Of a stretch of 64,000 bases of DNA, positions 1-13,989 are shown piece after piece. How positions within the stretch are numbered: position 1 is the first letter of the stretch; each line of letters starts with the position of its first letter. The stretch comes from Octopus vulgaris (taxonomy: Eukaryota): contig OX597828.1 of assembly GCA_951406725.2 (NCBI GenBank), forward strand, positions 31,248,001 through 31,312,000, read 5' to 3'. The notes beneath the pieces were generated by a model. The model did no database searches, was not told where the DNA came from, and saw only the letters and a list, made by a program, of their open reading frames with translations. Made by a program: the position numbers and the translations under genes.

Positions 1-146
1 CTATCTCCGTTTAGCAGCTGTCGCCTGTGTATGTGTTTGCTTTCAGAATCTATTTTGTAATTAATACTCAATTATTACATTTCTACTCAGCAAAATAACC
101 GTAAACACGATTCTTTTTCCTCTGATTATTAGTTTTCTCCATAATG

Positions 147-211
<65 letters not shown>

Positions 212-263
212 AATAATGATAATAATAACAATAAAAATTATAATATTTCTTTTATGTATTCTA

Positions 264-445
264 AATCTCGAGAAATAGGTGGAACAAATAGGGGCTGCAA
301 TAAGAGTGGAGCACTTGCAGCACTGCTTGGAATAGCTCGAATACTCCGGGAGGTGCTCGAAAAATGAGGCGTCTTACCTTAGTTAACTGGTAGTGAACAG
401 GTGACACTTTAGTACATCTACAGTGTTACAAGCTGTGCAAAGGCA
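264..445 (+). mobile_element. R4/Dong-like RLE non-LTR retrotransposon, 5'-truncated 3' end (family A, copy 1)
   Basis: Translates to ...EQIGAAIRVEHL..ALLGIARILREVLEK*, then a short 3'UTR ending in (TAA)n; near-identical to 622-882 and 1110-1367. Confidence 0.8.
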
Positions 446-512
446 ATAATAATAATGATGACGATGATAATAATAATAATATTATAATAATAATAGTAAT
501 AATAATAATAAC

Positions 513-601
<89 letters not shown>

Positions 602-621
602 TAATAATAATAATAATATAA

Positions 622-882
622 AAAGCTTGGGAGGTTAAGCAGTTTTGGACGATGAAAAAGGTGTTAGAAGTACTAATAATTGCCAGAGCCCTAGGAACAG
701 TGAGTAAAATATTGAGTAAAAGTACATGGACGAATAGGGGCTTGCAATACGGGTGGAGTACTTGCAGAAAACAGCACTGCTTGGAACCGCTCGAATACTC
801 CGGATGGTGCTCGAAAAATAAGGGGTGTTGCCTGTTCACTGTTAGTGAACGGATGACACCGTAGTACTTATCCAGCGTTAGA
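622..882 (+). mobile_element. R4/Dong-like RLE retrotransposon 3' end (family A, copy 2)
   Basis: ..RALGTVSK..EYLQKTALLGTARILRMVLEK* with frameshifts; preceded by (TAA)n. Confidence 0.8.
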
Positions 883-1367
883 GGTGGGGACTTGACAGAG
901 TAAAAATTGTTACGACCGTAAACCTGAAGGCATCATAGAAAATGATAATGCAATCATCTTGTGGAATTTTATGATTCAGTGCGTCCATGTCATAGAGAAT
1001 AGGAAACCAGACATAGTCTTGAGAATGAAAGCAAACTATGCTAAATCATATATTGCATGCCCAGCTGACAACAAGGTATGCGATAAGGAAGAAAGAAAAG
1101 TCGAGAGCTTAGGAGGTTAAGCAGTTGTGGTCGATGATACAAGTGGTATTGGTACCAGTAATTGTCGGAACCCTAGGAACCGTGAGGAAAATTCTTGAGA
1201 AGTACATGCAACAAATAGGGGCTGCCATAAGTGTGGAGCACTTGTAGAAAACAGCACTGCTTGGAACAGGTCATATACTCCGGAAGGTGCTCGATAGATA
1301 TAGGGTGTTACCTTAGTTCAGCTGACACCATAGTACATATCCAGCGTTAGAAGCTCTGCAAAGGCAA
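883..1367 (+). mobile_element. R4/Dong-like RLE retrotransposon 3' end (family A, copy 3, includes RLE motif)
   Basis: ENDNAIILWNFMIQCVHVIENRKPDIV..IACPADNKVCDKEERK..VPVIVGTLGTV..TALLGTGHILRKVL; RKPD/PD-(D/E)xK type endonuclease; ends in (TAA)n. Confidence 0.85.
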
Positions 1368-1369
1368 TG

Positions 1370-1466
<97 letters not shown>

Positions 1467-1481
1467 CAACAACAACAACAA

Positions 1482-1956
1482 ACATCGTGTCTCCTCGTTG
1501 ATATGATTATCCGAATCGATATAAACATATCTCACAATACCTACCAAAAACTGAGCAAGTATAAAGATCTTGAAATAAAAATTAGCAAAACCTGAAGATT
1601 AAACAATACCTGTTGACATAGGTGCCCTGGGAATGATAGCAAAAGAGACTGATTGCTACCTAGTTCAGATACCAAGAAACCCCAAAATGACGGAAATTCA
1701 AAAGATAGTGCTCATGGGAACTGCCCATATCTTACGCAAAATACTATCTATGTAATCTCAAATTTTAAAACAAACATAATTTTCTTATGGTTTCTTAAAC
1801 ATGCTCTAGAACGACAAAACCAAATGTACAAAACCAAATCTATGGTACCCTAGGCATAACGTCAACACGAACTTCCAACTTGTCTCTTGGGGTCTCTAGG
1901 TGGGATTTTGATCCAAGTTGTTCAAACGTAAAGCAAAAGTTAAACATGAAATGTGA

Positions 1957-1960
<4 letters not shown>
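1482..1960 (+). mobile_element. R4/Dong-like RLE retrotransposon 3' end (family B)
   Basis: YQKLSKYKDLEIKISK..TIPVDIGALGMIAK..EIQKIVLMGTAHILRKILSM*, then a ~200 bp 3'UTR different from family A; flanked by (TAA)n on both sides. Confidence 0.8.
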
Positions 1961-1995
<35 letters not shown>

Positions 1996-2010
1996 GAAGA
2001 AGAAGAAGAA

Positions 2011-2076
<66 letters not shown>

Positions 2077-2108
2077 GAAGAAGAAGAAGAAGAAGAATGA
2101 TAATAATA

Positions 2109-2188
<80 letters not shown>

Positions 2189-3577
2189 TCTATTACTGTC
2201 ATTATTATAAAGAGTATCATGGTCATCATCATCATCATCATCATCGTTATATTTATACTTCTTCTTTTATATATACTTAAATTTTTCTTGCTAAATCTTA
2301 TATTGTCGTGTACGTGTTCGTCATTGATACTAAAGTTTCTACTCTATTTAAAATTTAATCTTATACATATAAAATGTAAATATAAATGTAAATTATCTGA
2401 CTATATTGATTATAATTTCATTGTTTTTCAAATTGATTTTCTATGTAGATACTCTGCTTATCAAATTATGTTTGCTTTTATAGACTTATTTTTCTAGTTC
2501 TATCAAACGTTTTCTTTATTAATACTATTAAAAAATTGTTTATGTGGGAATTGTCAATCTACTCTACGAAAAAATGTTTATTATCTAGGTATATTGAATT
2601 ATGACTATCAATAAACAATATAGTATTATTTAGCAATATTATATTGTATATCTTTGTTTTCTTTGTCAATTGTTTAAAGCCATTCTATATTTCTATATTC
2701 TACCGAAGATTGTCATATTTAAATGGCTTAATATTTGTATTTATTAGCGGCTGTAATGAATGAAGTCGATATTTCATAATGACTAAAAGTTTGAGGATGC
2801 ATTCTTCTCTTCAAATAAGACAGTGGAATATAGACATCTATTGTGCGTTTTTGTCAAATGTCTGGGGGATATCAGTGAATGAAACAAAAGACAAAGTTAC
2901 GCAGCTGTCATATTAACGATGTTCTTAGTTTTATGACCTCCAAATGAACATTAGTTATACACAAACGTCAGACATCATTGACCCACAGTGGTATACCATT
3001 CGCTTCGCATCCATCAAATGGAAGTTTCAGTCTTGTATATTATATATATGAGGCCTTACTTTAAGTGTATATAACACATGGAATGATCGATGGATAAAGA
3101 GCCCCGTCTGAACATTGCTCATATTCTGAAACAGCTTTGCTACTTCATTTCTCACGAGCACACTCTGTCTCACTCTTCCTCTCACTCACAGTGTATGTGT
3201 ATGTGGGTGTTGAGGTATGTGTTCAAGCATCTGAGTCTATATGGTTGCATGTGTACATGTATGTATGTAGAATGACATTGTATTCAAGTAGGAAGGAGTA
3301 TCTGGAAAGAAAACACTTCGGACAATAGGTAATGTTATGTAATATATACCCGTTGGACATTGGAAACAACTTTACCAACCAACGACTTTTTCCAGCCAAC
3401 AATTTTTACACAGGTGATTAAAGAATGGTAAACAACATTTTTTTAATTTCGTAAAGAAGTTGTGTTGTACCTATTATCTTATCGGAATTTTCAGTCTAAT
3501 CAACGGAGATGTCTGGACAGGTGTCATATTACAGTCACTCTCCTGACTTGTTCTTTACACAATTAATACATAAATAT

Positions 3578-3803
3578 GAGGCACGTAGCTTAGTGGTTAG
3601 GGTGTCAGCATCATGATCGTAATATTGTGGTTTCAATTTGAGCAAAACACTTCATTTCACGTTGCTCCAGTCCACTCAGCTGGCAAAACTGAGTAACGTT
3701 GCGATGGACTGGCGTCCCGTCCAGCTGGGAAACACATACGCCATAGAAACCGGGAAACCGGGCCCATGAGCCTGGCTAGGCTTTAAAAGGACGCATCTTT
3801 TAT
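3578..3803 (+). mobile_element. tRNA-derived SINE (family 1)
   Basis: A-box TAGCTTAGTGG, degenerate B-box, central TTGAGCAAAACACTTCATTTCACGTTGCTCCAGTCCACTCAGCTG and GCGATGGACTGGCGTCCCGTCCAG motifs typical of SINE middle bodies. Confidence 0.7.
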
Positions 3804-3963
3804 TGGTAAGGAACTTGCTTACCAACCACATGATTCCGGGTTCAGTCCCACTGCGTGGCACCTTGGTCAAGTGTCTTTTTACTATAGCCTCGGGCCGACC
3901 AAAGCCTTGTGAGTAGATTTGGTAGACAGAAACGGAAAGAAGCCCGTCGTATATATATATATG

Positions 3964-4012
<49 letters not shown>

Positions 4013-4215
4013 CTGTGTTTGTCCTCCCAACATCGTTTGACAACCGATGTTGGTGTCTTTACGTCCCCGTATCTTAGCGGTTCGGCAAAAGTGAGCGATA
4101 GAATAAGTACTGGGCTTACAAAGAATAAATCCCGGGGGTCGATTTCCTCGACTAAAGGCGGTACTCCATCATGGCCGCAGTCAAATGGCTGTAACAAATA
4201 AAAGAGAGAGTACAA
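3804..4215 (+). mobile_element. tRNA-derived SINE with internal (TA)/(TG) microsatellite (family 2; octopus OK/OR-type, exact name unverified)
   Basis: GGTTCAGTCCC B-box-like head, CCTTGGGCAAGTGTCTT-like core, internal (TA)n(TG)n, AAAAGAG tail; many copies in the window. Confidence 0.9.
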
Positions 4216-4526
4216 GAGTATAGAAAGATAGAGATAGACTGTGTTTCTATGCGTGAGAGAGAGAGAGAGAGGAAGCTGAAAGGGTGATAGGTGTTTATAT
4301 ATTGGCTATTTGAAGAACATTTTCACTCTTGCAAATAGAATGTACTTCATTGTAGCGGGATGACTATGTCGCTGAAAGGTGTAATAATTCTGTCAGTATA
4401 TACTAATACATTCCGAATTCACACTAGTTTCCAAATTTCAATTTTCTATAACTTAGGACATTTTTATTGATTGAAATATGATATATCTCCCTTCACAATT
4501 AGTCTTTCGATTCTAAACAGTGCAAG

Positions 4527-4639
<113 letters not shown>

Positions 4640-5148
4640 TATATATTGTTATGAAGGAAAAATATTCTGATAAATATGATTTTAAACAGTCGTAACAAAA
4701 TCGAAATATTGTTCTCTTGTTCTAGAAAAGAAAAACCAATGATGCATCAATAATTTATTCTAATGAGAAATAATGTTCATTGATCACGTGACTGATTTAA
4801 AGTATGTTGCATGTCTTCTTTTTGCGCACTTATACTCTGAGGTGGACTATATACAGCATTGAGCGAACGCATGGAAGATAGCTTTCGCGATGTGAACGGT
4901 TAATGTGAAGTCATGCGACCTGAATGTACAGTTAGTGAAAAGTTGGCAACGAAGATAGTCGGAGAATATATGCGGTATGACCAGTCGAAGAGAACCGAGC
5001 GTCGAAGAACTACATTACATAACATATCGAGCCGGGTACGACTATTTCGTCCACTCTCTGCAATTTGGCTTGCTGGGCTGGCCTGCGCTTTCCCAGCTCT
5101 GATGTGGCTGTTAGAGCTATTTTGCTGTCAGGAGGCCGCGTTTCGTGA

Positions 5149-5219
<71 letters not shown>

Positions 5220-5289
5220 TGTGTGTGTGTGTATGTATGTATGTATGTATGTATGTATTTATGTAGGAGTTTGAAAAGGAACACACGAA

Positions 5290-6441
<1,152 letters not shown>

Positions 6442-6607
6442 TTGTTATCGCCATATTAATATGGCAGTCTTATAGTTATAAGACTAAAAGCTGTCGCTGA
6501 TTAGCTCCATGAGGATATCGCCTTAAGATAGCTATTTGACACACAAACTGTGTCCATTATAACCTTCGAACTAGGGAGGTCAGCCGCTTCACACTGCCAG
6601 TCCGACA

Positions 6608-6649
6608 GCTACAGACGCGTTTCGGGGTATTGCCCCTTGTCAATGTAGC
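6608..6649 (-). ncRNA. Minimal type-I hammerhead ribozyme motif (decayed core) in a PLE-like fragment
   Basis: Minus strand GCTACA-TTGACAA-GGGG caata CCCC-GAAA-CGCG-TC-TGTAGC: 6-bp stem I, 4-bp stem II, palindromic stem III; core differs from CTGANGA at 2 positions. Confidence 0.65.
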
Positions 6650-6743
6650 GCAGTCAGACCCCGCAGGTGTCGCCACTGACGTCTCTGTTCGAAGGCTTAT
6701 ATTTACCTAGTTTCAGTGGAATACATCCACTTGTTTTCAATAA

Positions 6744-6840
6744 TAGAAATATTAAAATTACTAAGTCTCTATAAAAGAGATTACGACAGCGTTTAATGTC
6801 GTAATCTCTTTTATAGAGACTTAGTAATTTTAAAATTTCT

Positions 6841-6841
<1 letters not shown>
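6744..6841. repeat. Near-perfect hairpin, ~45-bp arms, 8-nt loop
   Basis: TTAAAATTACTAAGTCTCTATAAAAGAGATTACGACA / TGTCGTAATCTCTTTTATAGAGACTTAGTAATTTTAA; abuts (TA)n. Confidence 0.9.
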
Positions 6842-6877
<36 letters not shown>

Positions 6878-7170
6878 GTAGTGTCAATTTGTCTTGCCTG
6901 ATCCTCATCTAAATCATCACTTTTGTAATTCGCATTGTAAAGCTTATATTAAGGCTACTGGCTCTAACCACAGTATTGTGTAGAGATCCCTTTAATATCA
7001 CTGGAAGTTGTACGGATCTATTTCTGAATTTGGAATAATATGCTTGCTGCTAATGGAACAATAACAAGAATTGTTATAACACTCTCACTCTCTCTCGCAT
7101 CTCTCTCTTATTATATATAATATATATATATAACAATAACAGCAACCCTATGATGGAATATATATGCAAT

Positions 7171-7303
7171 ACCGCTACACGCGTTTCCACAAATCGCATG
7201 TTCGTGACAGCGGAATTAGTGTCCTCGGGATTAGCACACTATAGTCCATATTATCCGTGGCTTTCCGAGTGATCATCATCATTGATTCATTTCATCAGGC
7301 GAT
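7171..7303 (-). ncRNA. Hammerhead-like motif with ~90-nt insertion in stem II
   Basis: Minus strand ATCGC-CTGATGA-..ATGAATC...GATTTGTG-GAAA-CGCGTG-TA-GCGGT; intact core, stem I pairing. Confidence 0.5.
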
Positions 7304-7433
7304 AGTGCACTAGTGGATGTATCACAATATCCAACCTCAAAAAACTGAATTACTAGACAGCATCATTACACGGTAACCGGCATAGCTTTATTTGCACACC
7401 CGTAAAGTTACAATTAACGAATTTTAAAATTAT

Positions 7434-7840
7434 AGTGGCTGTGTGGTAAGTAGCTTGTTTACCAACCACATGGTTCCGGGTTCAGTCCCAGTGCGTGGCA
7501 CCTTGGGCAAGTGTCTTCTACTATAGCCTCGGGCCGACCAAAGCCTTGTGAGTGGATTTGGTAGACGGAAACTGAAAGAAGCCCGTCGTATATATGTATA
7601 TATATATATATATGCGTGTGTGTGTTTGTGTGTCTGTGTTTGTTCCCCTTGCATTGCTTGACAACCAATGCTGGTGTGTCTATGTCCCCGTAACTTAGCG
7701 GTTCGGCAAAAGAGACCGATATAATAAGTACTGGGCTTACAAAAGAATAAGTTCCGGGGTCGAGTTGCTCGATTAAAGTCGGTGCTCCAGCATGGCCGGA
7801 GTCAAATGACTGAAACAAGTAAAAGAGAAAAGAGAAAGAG
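7434..7840 (+). mobile_element. SINE family 2 copy
   Basis: Near-full-length match to 3804-4215 and 41894-42308. Confidence 0.92.
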
Positions 7841-7849
7841 ATATATATA

Positions 7850-8750
7850 CTAGCAAACGCACCCGTCGTTTGGACGGTTGAAGTTTCTTTGTTGACATGT
7901 TTTTCACCAAATAATTAAACTACCGACAAGGCTTATGAGTAGCATGGCAATCTATGTTTCCGATTAACCTAGGAATGGAAAATGAAAATGAGGGCTTGTT
8001 ATTGCGGGTGTCGCTGCACTTTAATGATCATATAAGTTGGCAAGCGATGCAAAGTAGAGCTACTGAAGTGTATTGGGAGTAGATTACGGATAATGACAAC
8101 AAAATATATTTCTTTTATAAAAAAGCGAAATTTCTTGTCAGAAACAGCCATTTAAATGGTGTAAGGAAATTGAAGGAAGACTTTGAAACCTCTCCCCTGC
8201 GAGTTTATTTCATTGAAAGACAAATGGAGCTTGTTTCGGTGAGATACGCCAACAAAAGCCCCTTTATTCTGCCTTCCCACATAGCCTGCACATAAAATAA
8301 CAGCGAATGTCGCATAAAGTTAAGTTGGTATGGAGTTTTCGGAAAGATGCGTAAAGCTTTTGGTAATGGAAGGAAAACTGTTATGTTGATTCTTTGGGAT
8401 AATGTGATTGTTTAAAAAGCCCTGCAACTACAATGGTAAAACGTTTTTTGAAAAAATGGACAACAGTTAAAATATCATAATGGACGGGTAAATAAGCATC
8501 CGTAAAGTGAAACAACGGTACCAAATGTAAACATATGAATCACCGAGATTAGATCCAGTAGACTTAGTGGAAACCCTGCAGAGTGATAATTTAAATGAGG
8601 TAAGGAGAAGTCAAACTGACATTACAATCGCGTCCGCAAATAGGGTGACGATCGTGTTTTTGAATCATGACATCGGAAGTGAATGGAAAATAGCAAGATT
8701 ATTACATTTGTTCACGCATTATGTCATGTATTCCATAACATTATATAAGA
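7850..8750 (-). mobile_element. Non-autonomous Helitron
   Basis: On the minus strand it starts A|TCTTATATAAT and ends with hairpin CCGTCCAAACGACGG about 10 nt before CTAG|T; no TSD. Confidence 0.65.
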
Positions 8751-9067
8751 TATGAAAACACCTGTAAGTTAGTTTACAAAAACAACACTACGAAATAATT
8801 ATAGATCATACGTGTGACGCAATGAAACAGGTTGTGCGCAAGTGTAATGGTAGCATTCTTGTCGCGAAAACAAAAAGGTAGGTTCGACTCTTATGGAAAA
8901 AACATATTCTTCCGTCGAGGGCTTTAGTTATTGCACTGTGATAGGTTAAAAATGATATGCAGAAAATAATTTACTACAGTGACCTTTGCCGGTAAGAGAA
9001 CGTATTGGCCACAGTCAAATGACTGAAACAAGTAAAAGAACAAAAGAATAAAAGAATATATATATAT

Positions 9068-9250
9068 AATATTAGGGAATATATCCAAACTTACAGGGAA
9101 AAATTAGATTTAGGATTAAATTTTATATTTAATATTTATATATATATATTATATATTATATTAATTATATTTTTTTTGTTTTTTATGTTTTGGTTTATGT
9201 CTATCACTGTTTGAGTTGCCTAATAGTGGTTTTATCTCTAATTTAATTCA
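9068..9250. mobile_element. PLE-like tail fragment with inverted piece (same family as 23808-24040)
   Basis: 9068-9122 is the reverse complement of ~23975-24030; AATAGTGGTTTT.TCTCTAAT is shared in direct orientation. Confidence 0.55.
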
Positions 9251-9450
9251 TATATATATATTAAACTCTGTTGGACTTTTGGATTTTGCTCAACGGATAT
9301 TGGAATATTACACATATATACCATTATGCCAATTATACGGATTTATGAACTCATTAACCATACAAATCTTACATTTATATTCTTTCGTCCACCTCACTCT
9401 CTATTTGTATCACATCGAAAATAACTATTACTTAACCATCCTCTCACATT

Positions 9451-9505
9451 GTCTCCGATGAAGGGATATTATTATTAATTAATATTCGAGAAACAGCTGT
9501 AAGAC
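9451..9505 (+). ncRNA. Minimal type-I hammerhead motif in a pLTR-like segment (~9260-9730)
   Basis: GTCT-CCGATGA-AGGGATATT..AATATTCGA-GAAA-CAGCTG-TA-AGAC; stem I GTCT/AGAC, palindromic stem III ACAGCTGT. Confidence 0.6.
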
Positions 9506-9727
9506 CTATCTATAAATGCTCTAATATCTATACAGCCTTGTTTTTTTTATCTCATTACGCAAAAGATTCATATATACACACGCTGACATAGAACCAACGT
9601 TGACTCTTTATTCGCAATATTACAGAATCTGGAACTTATCTATGGTCTGTCTATAGCACTTATTCAGCATTACCTGATACTTTTGGGTATCAATGACACC
9701 ATTATCTCTTATAACCTCAACTTCTCA

Positions 9728-9796
<69 letters not shown>

Positions 9797-10485
9797 CCTT
9801 GTTCGTCCGCGACTAAATTTCAAGTTATACAACCAAAGTAAGACGTAGTCGAACTGAAGCCGGGACCATGTGGGAAGCAATCTCTTTGCCACAAAGTCTC
9901 GCCCAAGACGTCTACTTTGAAGTTTTGATAACTATGCAATCGGGCTATTAACATTTTAGCATAAGAAACTGACAAACATTACAGGAATGGCTATGTCTTG
10001 TAGATTTTGTGGATTGTTGGCGCAAAATGTACGTGTGTAGGGTGAATTGAAAACCATGTTGAGTCTAATAATGATTACTTAGAAAAAATGAATTATCATA
10101 TCGGATGATCCGTTGGAACCCCTCTGTTGAACTAATGACGCAGCGATATTTGATGGCGACACATGTATTCTACTAGAAAAAAGATAGACGTGGGATTTCT
10201 CCACAGGTGTCGATATATATACAAAGTGACTAGTCTTGTGCGAACTTTTCATATCCTCTCCGAGCTGATTCTGATTCCTAACCCGTTGAATTCATTTGAG
10301 ATTCATCTCAAAGTATTGGTTAAGATTAAATCCAAAGAAAATTGATAGTTTAGCTTATGTCATCGTTGTCCGCTGTGGAAACAAAGGATAATAAAAGCAA
10401 GTATACTACGATTACCGCGGTGATTTTAACAACCAATAGAAACTATTTAGCCTTTCCACGGACGGTTAGATATAAGTCACATCTG

Positions 10486-10553
<68 letters not shown>

Positions 10554-11595
10554 CATAAATATACATAAACACACATACACACATGTACGCGCACACAAAC
10601 GCACATATGTGAAGTAATACTTTCAACGAGGGGACGAGACGTTGTTAAAGATATGGTTGTTGAAGAAGAACTGACAGAGTAACCTCAACTGTTATATCTA
10701 TCAATATAAAACATCATCTGCCGTGCTTCTACCAGCATATGCTGAACGATTCGAAGCAGCATCATTTGAATTTAAAAGTTGCTATCACATTAATTTATTT
10801 AAATTAAATCACGTCAAGATTTACTGAAAGTATATTATGTACATCGTCTAAAAGGAATTAATCTGACAAAATCTGTAAAACGTCAGGGTAAATGTTTAAC
10901 TATATTTATTGTTAACATTTTCGGAATAGGATCGTATACTTCAGAGACTAATTTGTCTTTCATCTCACTGGTATCGATAAAATGTTATGGATACGTCATC
11001 CTAAGAAATGTTTATTAGCATAATATCTTTATGTGTTACATATCAACGGAGAAAAAGAAAACTTGATGTTTTAGAATAAACATAGTATCAGATTAAATAC
11101 ACCGAACGTTTATCATACATGAATTTATTAACATTAAAATATTCTAAATAATTTTTCAGTCTTCCTCTTAAATACGAATGATCTTAGAGCAAACAGACAA
11201 GGAAGATAGTTATGAATACGGTTACGTAGTTATGACAAATTGCCTCTCAAACTTGTGTTTAAAGGTTCGACTCCCATTTACGAATCGTAAAGATGACCGA
11301 AAAAAACAAAAAAAAAACAATGTAACTGTAGTTTTCTAACCAGAAACTCATTCTGCTGAACAAGTATTAGAGAAACAAAACAATGGTTAAAGAGTTCGTT
11401 GGTCCAATGCTGCACTATTTCCTCAAGTTCAGCCTAACCGTACAAGATCGGTGACAGAATGGCCTAAGTGGCTCTAAAAAATATGTGGTGCAAGGAAACA
11501 TTTCAGGAGTGTGGTCCAGCATCAGATATTCAGTCCCAGAATTCTATGAGGTAATATATTGAAACAAGTAAAACAATAAATGAAAAATATGCTCA

Positions 11596-12016
11596 TTTAC
11601 TCTTTTACTTGCTTCAGTCCTTTGACTGTGGCCATACTGGAGCACCCCCTTTAGTCGTCGAGCAAATCGACTTTAGGACTTATTCTTTGTAAGTCTAGTA
11701 CATATTCTATCGGTATCTTTTGCCGTGCCGCTAAGTTACGGGGACGTAAATACACTAGCATCGATTGTCAAACGATGTTTGGGAGACAAACACAGACACA
11801 CAAACATTTACACAAACACACACACACATACATACATACGCATATAAATTTATATATGACGGGCTTCTTTCAGTTTTCGTCTGCTAAATCCACTCACAAG
11901 GCTTTGGTTGGCCTGAGGCTATAGCAGAAGACACTCGCCCACGGTGTCACGCAGTGGGACTGAAACCGACAGCATCTGGTTCGTAAGCAAACTACTTACC
12001 ACAGAGCCACTCCTAC
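11596..12016 (-). mobile_element. SINE family 2 copy
   Basis: Reverse complement of the family 2 consensus, with internal (CA)n. Confidence 0.9.
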
Positions 12017-12279
12017 ACATCTGCTGTGCTCTTTACACTCATTGAATTGTATCCAAGATAGATAATTAATGTTGTAGGACATATTGACTATTGCATTCAC
12101 CTTGGATTCCAGAGACAAGTGGATGCCAGGGGCGCCGATACTTAGACAAGTATAAAACATACACGCACATTCCGACATTCAAACGAACACATCCCAAAAT
12201 TCAAAAATTCATATAGGTGTGTCATTGTTGGTGCGTTGTTCTGTGTGTGTAGTTGTGTGTGTGAGCATATATATGGATA

Positions 12280-12316
<37 letters not shown>

Positions 12317-12408
12317 GTATATGTGTATATGTATATATGTATATGTAGATACACACACACACACATATATATATGTGCGTGTGTGTGTGTGTGTGTATTT
12401 ATTTATAT

Positions 12409-12455
<47 letters not shown>

Positions 12456-12536
12456 GTCTTTCTCTTTATCGATCTCTCTTTCTTTCACTCTCTCTAACTA
12501 TCTCTCTCTATATATGTATATATGTATGCATATATG

Positions 12537-12582
<46 letters not shown>

Positions 12583-12912
12583 CACTCACACACATACACG
12601 CACCTGTTTATACACATATATACATATATTTTTATGGATATATAATGAACCAGAGGAATTACATCGTCAACTTCATTTGCTAAGAGCTATTTCCACTCTG
12701 AGAAGCAGTGGCGTTTCTGGCATTTTATAGCTTCTTCGCTGTCATTAAATCGAAAGCTATATTTATTTCGAAAAGCATTTAAACGAATAGAAAAAAAATT
12801 ACCAGTGGAATGATACACGCACCTACATACACATTCGCACGCACACAGACAGACACGGACACACAGACAGATACAGACACACAAGCATACGCGCACACAC
12901 ACATGTATATAA

Positions 12913-12947
<35 letters not shown>

Positions 12948-13109
12948 ATACATACATACCCACATACACACACAAACGTACACGCAGGCAAACGTACACA
13001 CGCATATACTCTTTAGCTAGCTTTAGTTTTAAAATTGTGGTCATACTGGGCCACCGCATTAATATATAATGAAATAAGTAGATTTGCATGAACATGTGTA
13101 TTTACGCAG

Positions 13110-13173
<64 letters not shown>

Positions 13174-13989
13174 GTCTTCGATATTAGCTTGAAACTTCGA
13201 TGGTTATTATGGATTTCCAGCAAGACATGTGCAATGATAATTCAGTCTACTTTTCATACTGGCCCCGGCCTGCGCGAAGTGTTCATTAGCGGACTGCAGT
13301 TTAAGTTTATCTGCGAACTCAAGCATTCAGTGATTTTAATTTGGCAAGCATTTTCAGATATCCATACAAGCACTTATGCTTCTTTCTCTGTTTCTGTATT
13401 CATATTCAATGCATGCTCTGTTAACTACTTTGCATTATTTCATCTCATAGCTCATCGCTTTAAATTTTATATTTTCCACTGTTGCATGCTTTGCCAGTGT
13501 TCTACTGAGAATTGTTATTTTATTGCTTGGCATAACTTCATATGTGTGCCCCTCCGAATTTCTGTCCTGATAAGTTCCAGAAAACATGGATGAATTTTTT
13601 ACTGAAATTTCTTACAAATACGCTCCAGGTGGTATTGTTTCCGGTTATATCAGAATTTATAGTGAAAGCATATTACGTAGGTGGCGAGAAGAGCTTCGGA
13701 AAATAAACATCAGCCGCACTTGTTTCCTTGTAATTCTCAGAAAAAATAAATATATTTTCCATGAAATTTTATACAAAATTTCCCTGTGTTTACAGATTAC
13801 GGTTAATCATTTCCAGGCCAAGATATATACATTAACCCAGATTAAGGTTATATCGGAAATAGATATGAATATGACATAGGTGGGCTGGTACAGAAATTGG
13901 CTGACTCACATCACATATATCTTCAAAGTGAAACTTAAAATCTCAAAAAAATTGTGATGCGTGCTATTGCCTATGTTTGGCTACGTCTG

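Larger units (their letters stand above)
141..2243. repeat. Cluster of (TAA)n/(CAA)n/(GAA)n microsatellites separating the retrotransposon ends
   Basis: Runs at ~141-238, 446-617, 1365-1480, 1961-2188. Confidence 0.95.

Noticed and set aside
426-2497. Long ORFs with poly-I/N/L/Y tracts (and similar YI/CV/HT ORFs throughout the window)
   Set aside because: They are translations of (TAA)n, (TA)n, (CA)n and (GATA)n microsatellites, not genes
3060-3125. 66-nt AG/GT-bounded minus-strand segment (also 12040-12141 and 15219-15320)
   Set aside because: Weak splice signals and no recognisable homology; expected by chance in 64 kb
13170-13650. Possible APE-endonuclease remnant on the minus strand (MLEFADKLKLQSANEHF)
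   Set aside because: Single short motif amid many stops; too degenerate to call
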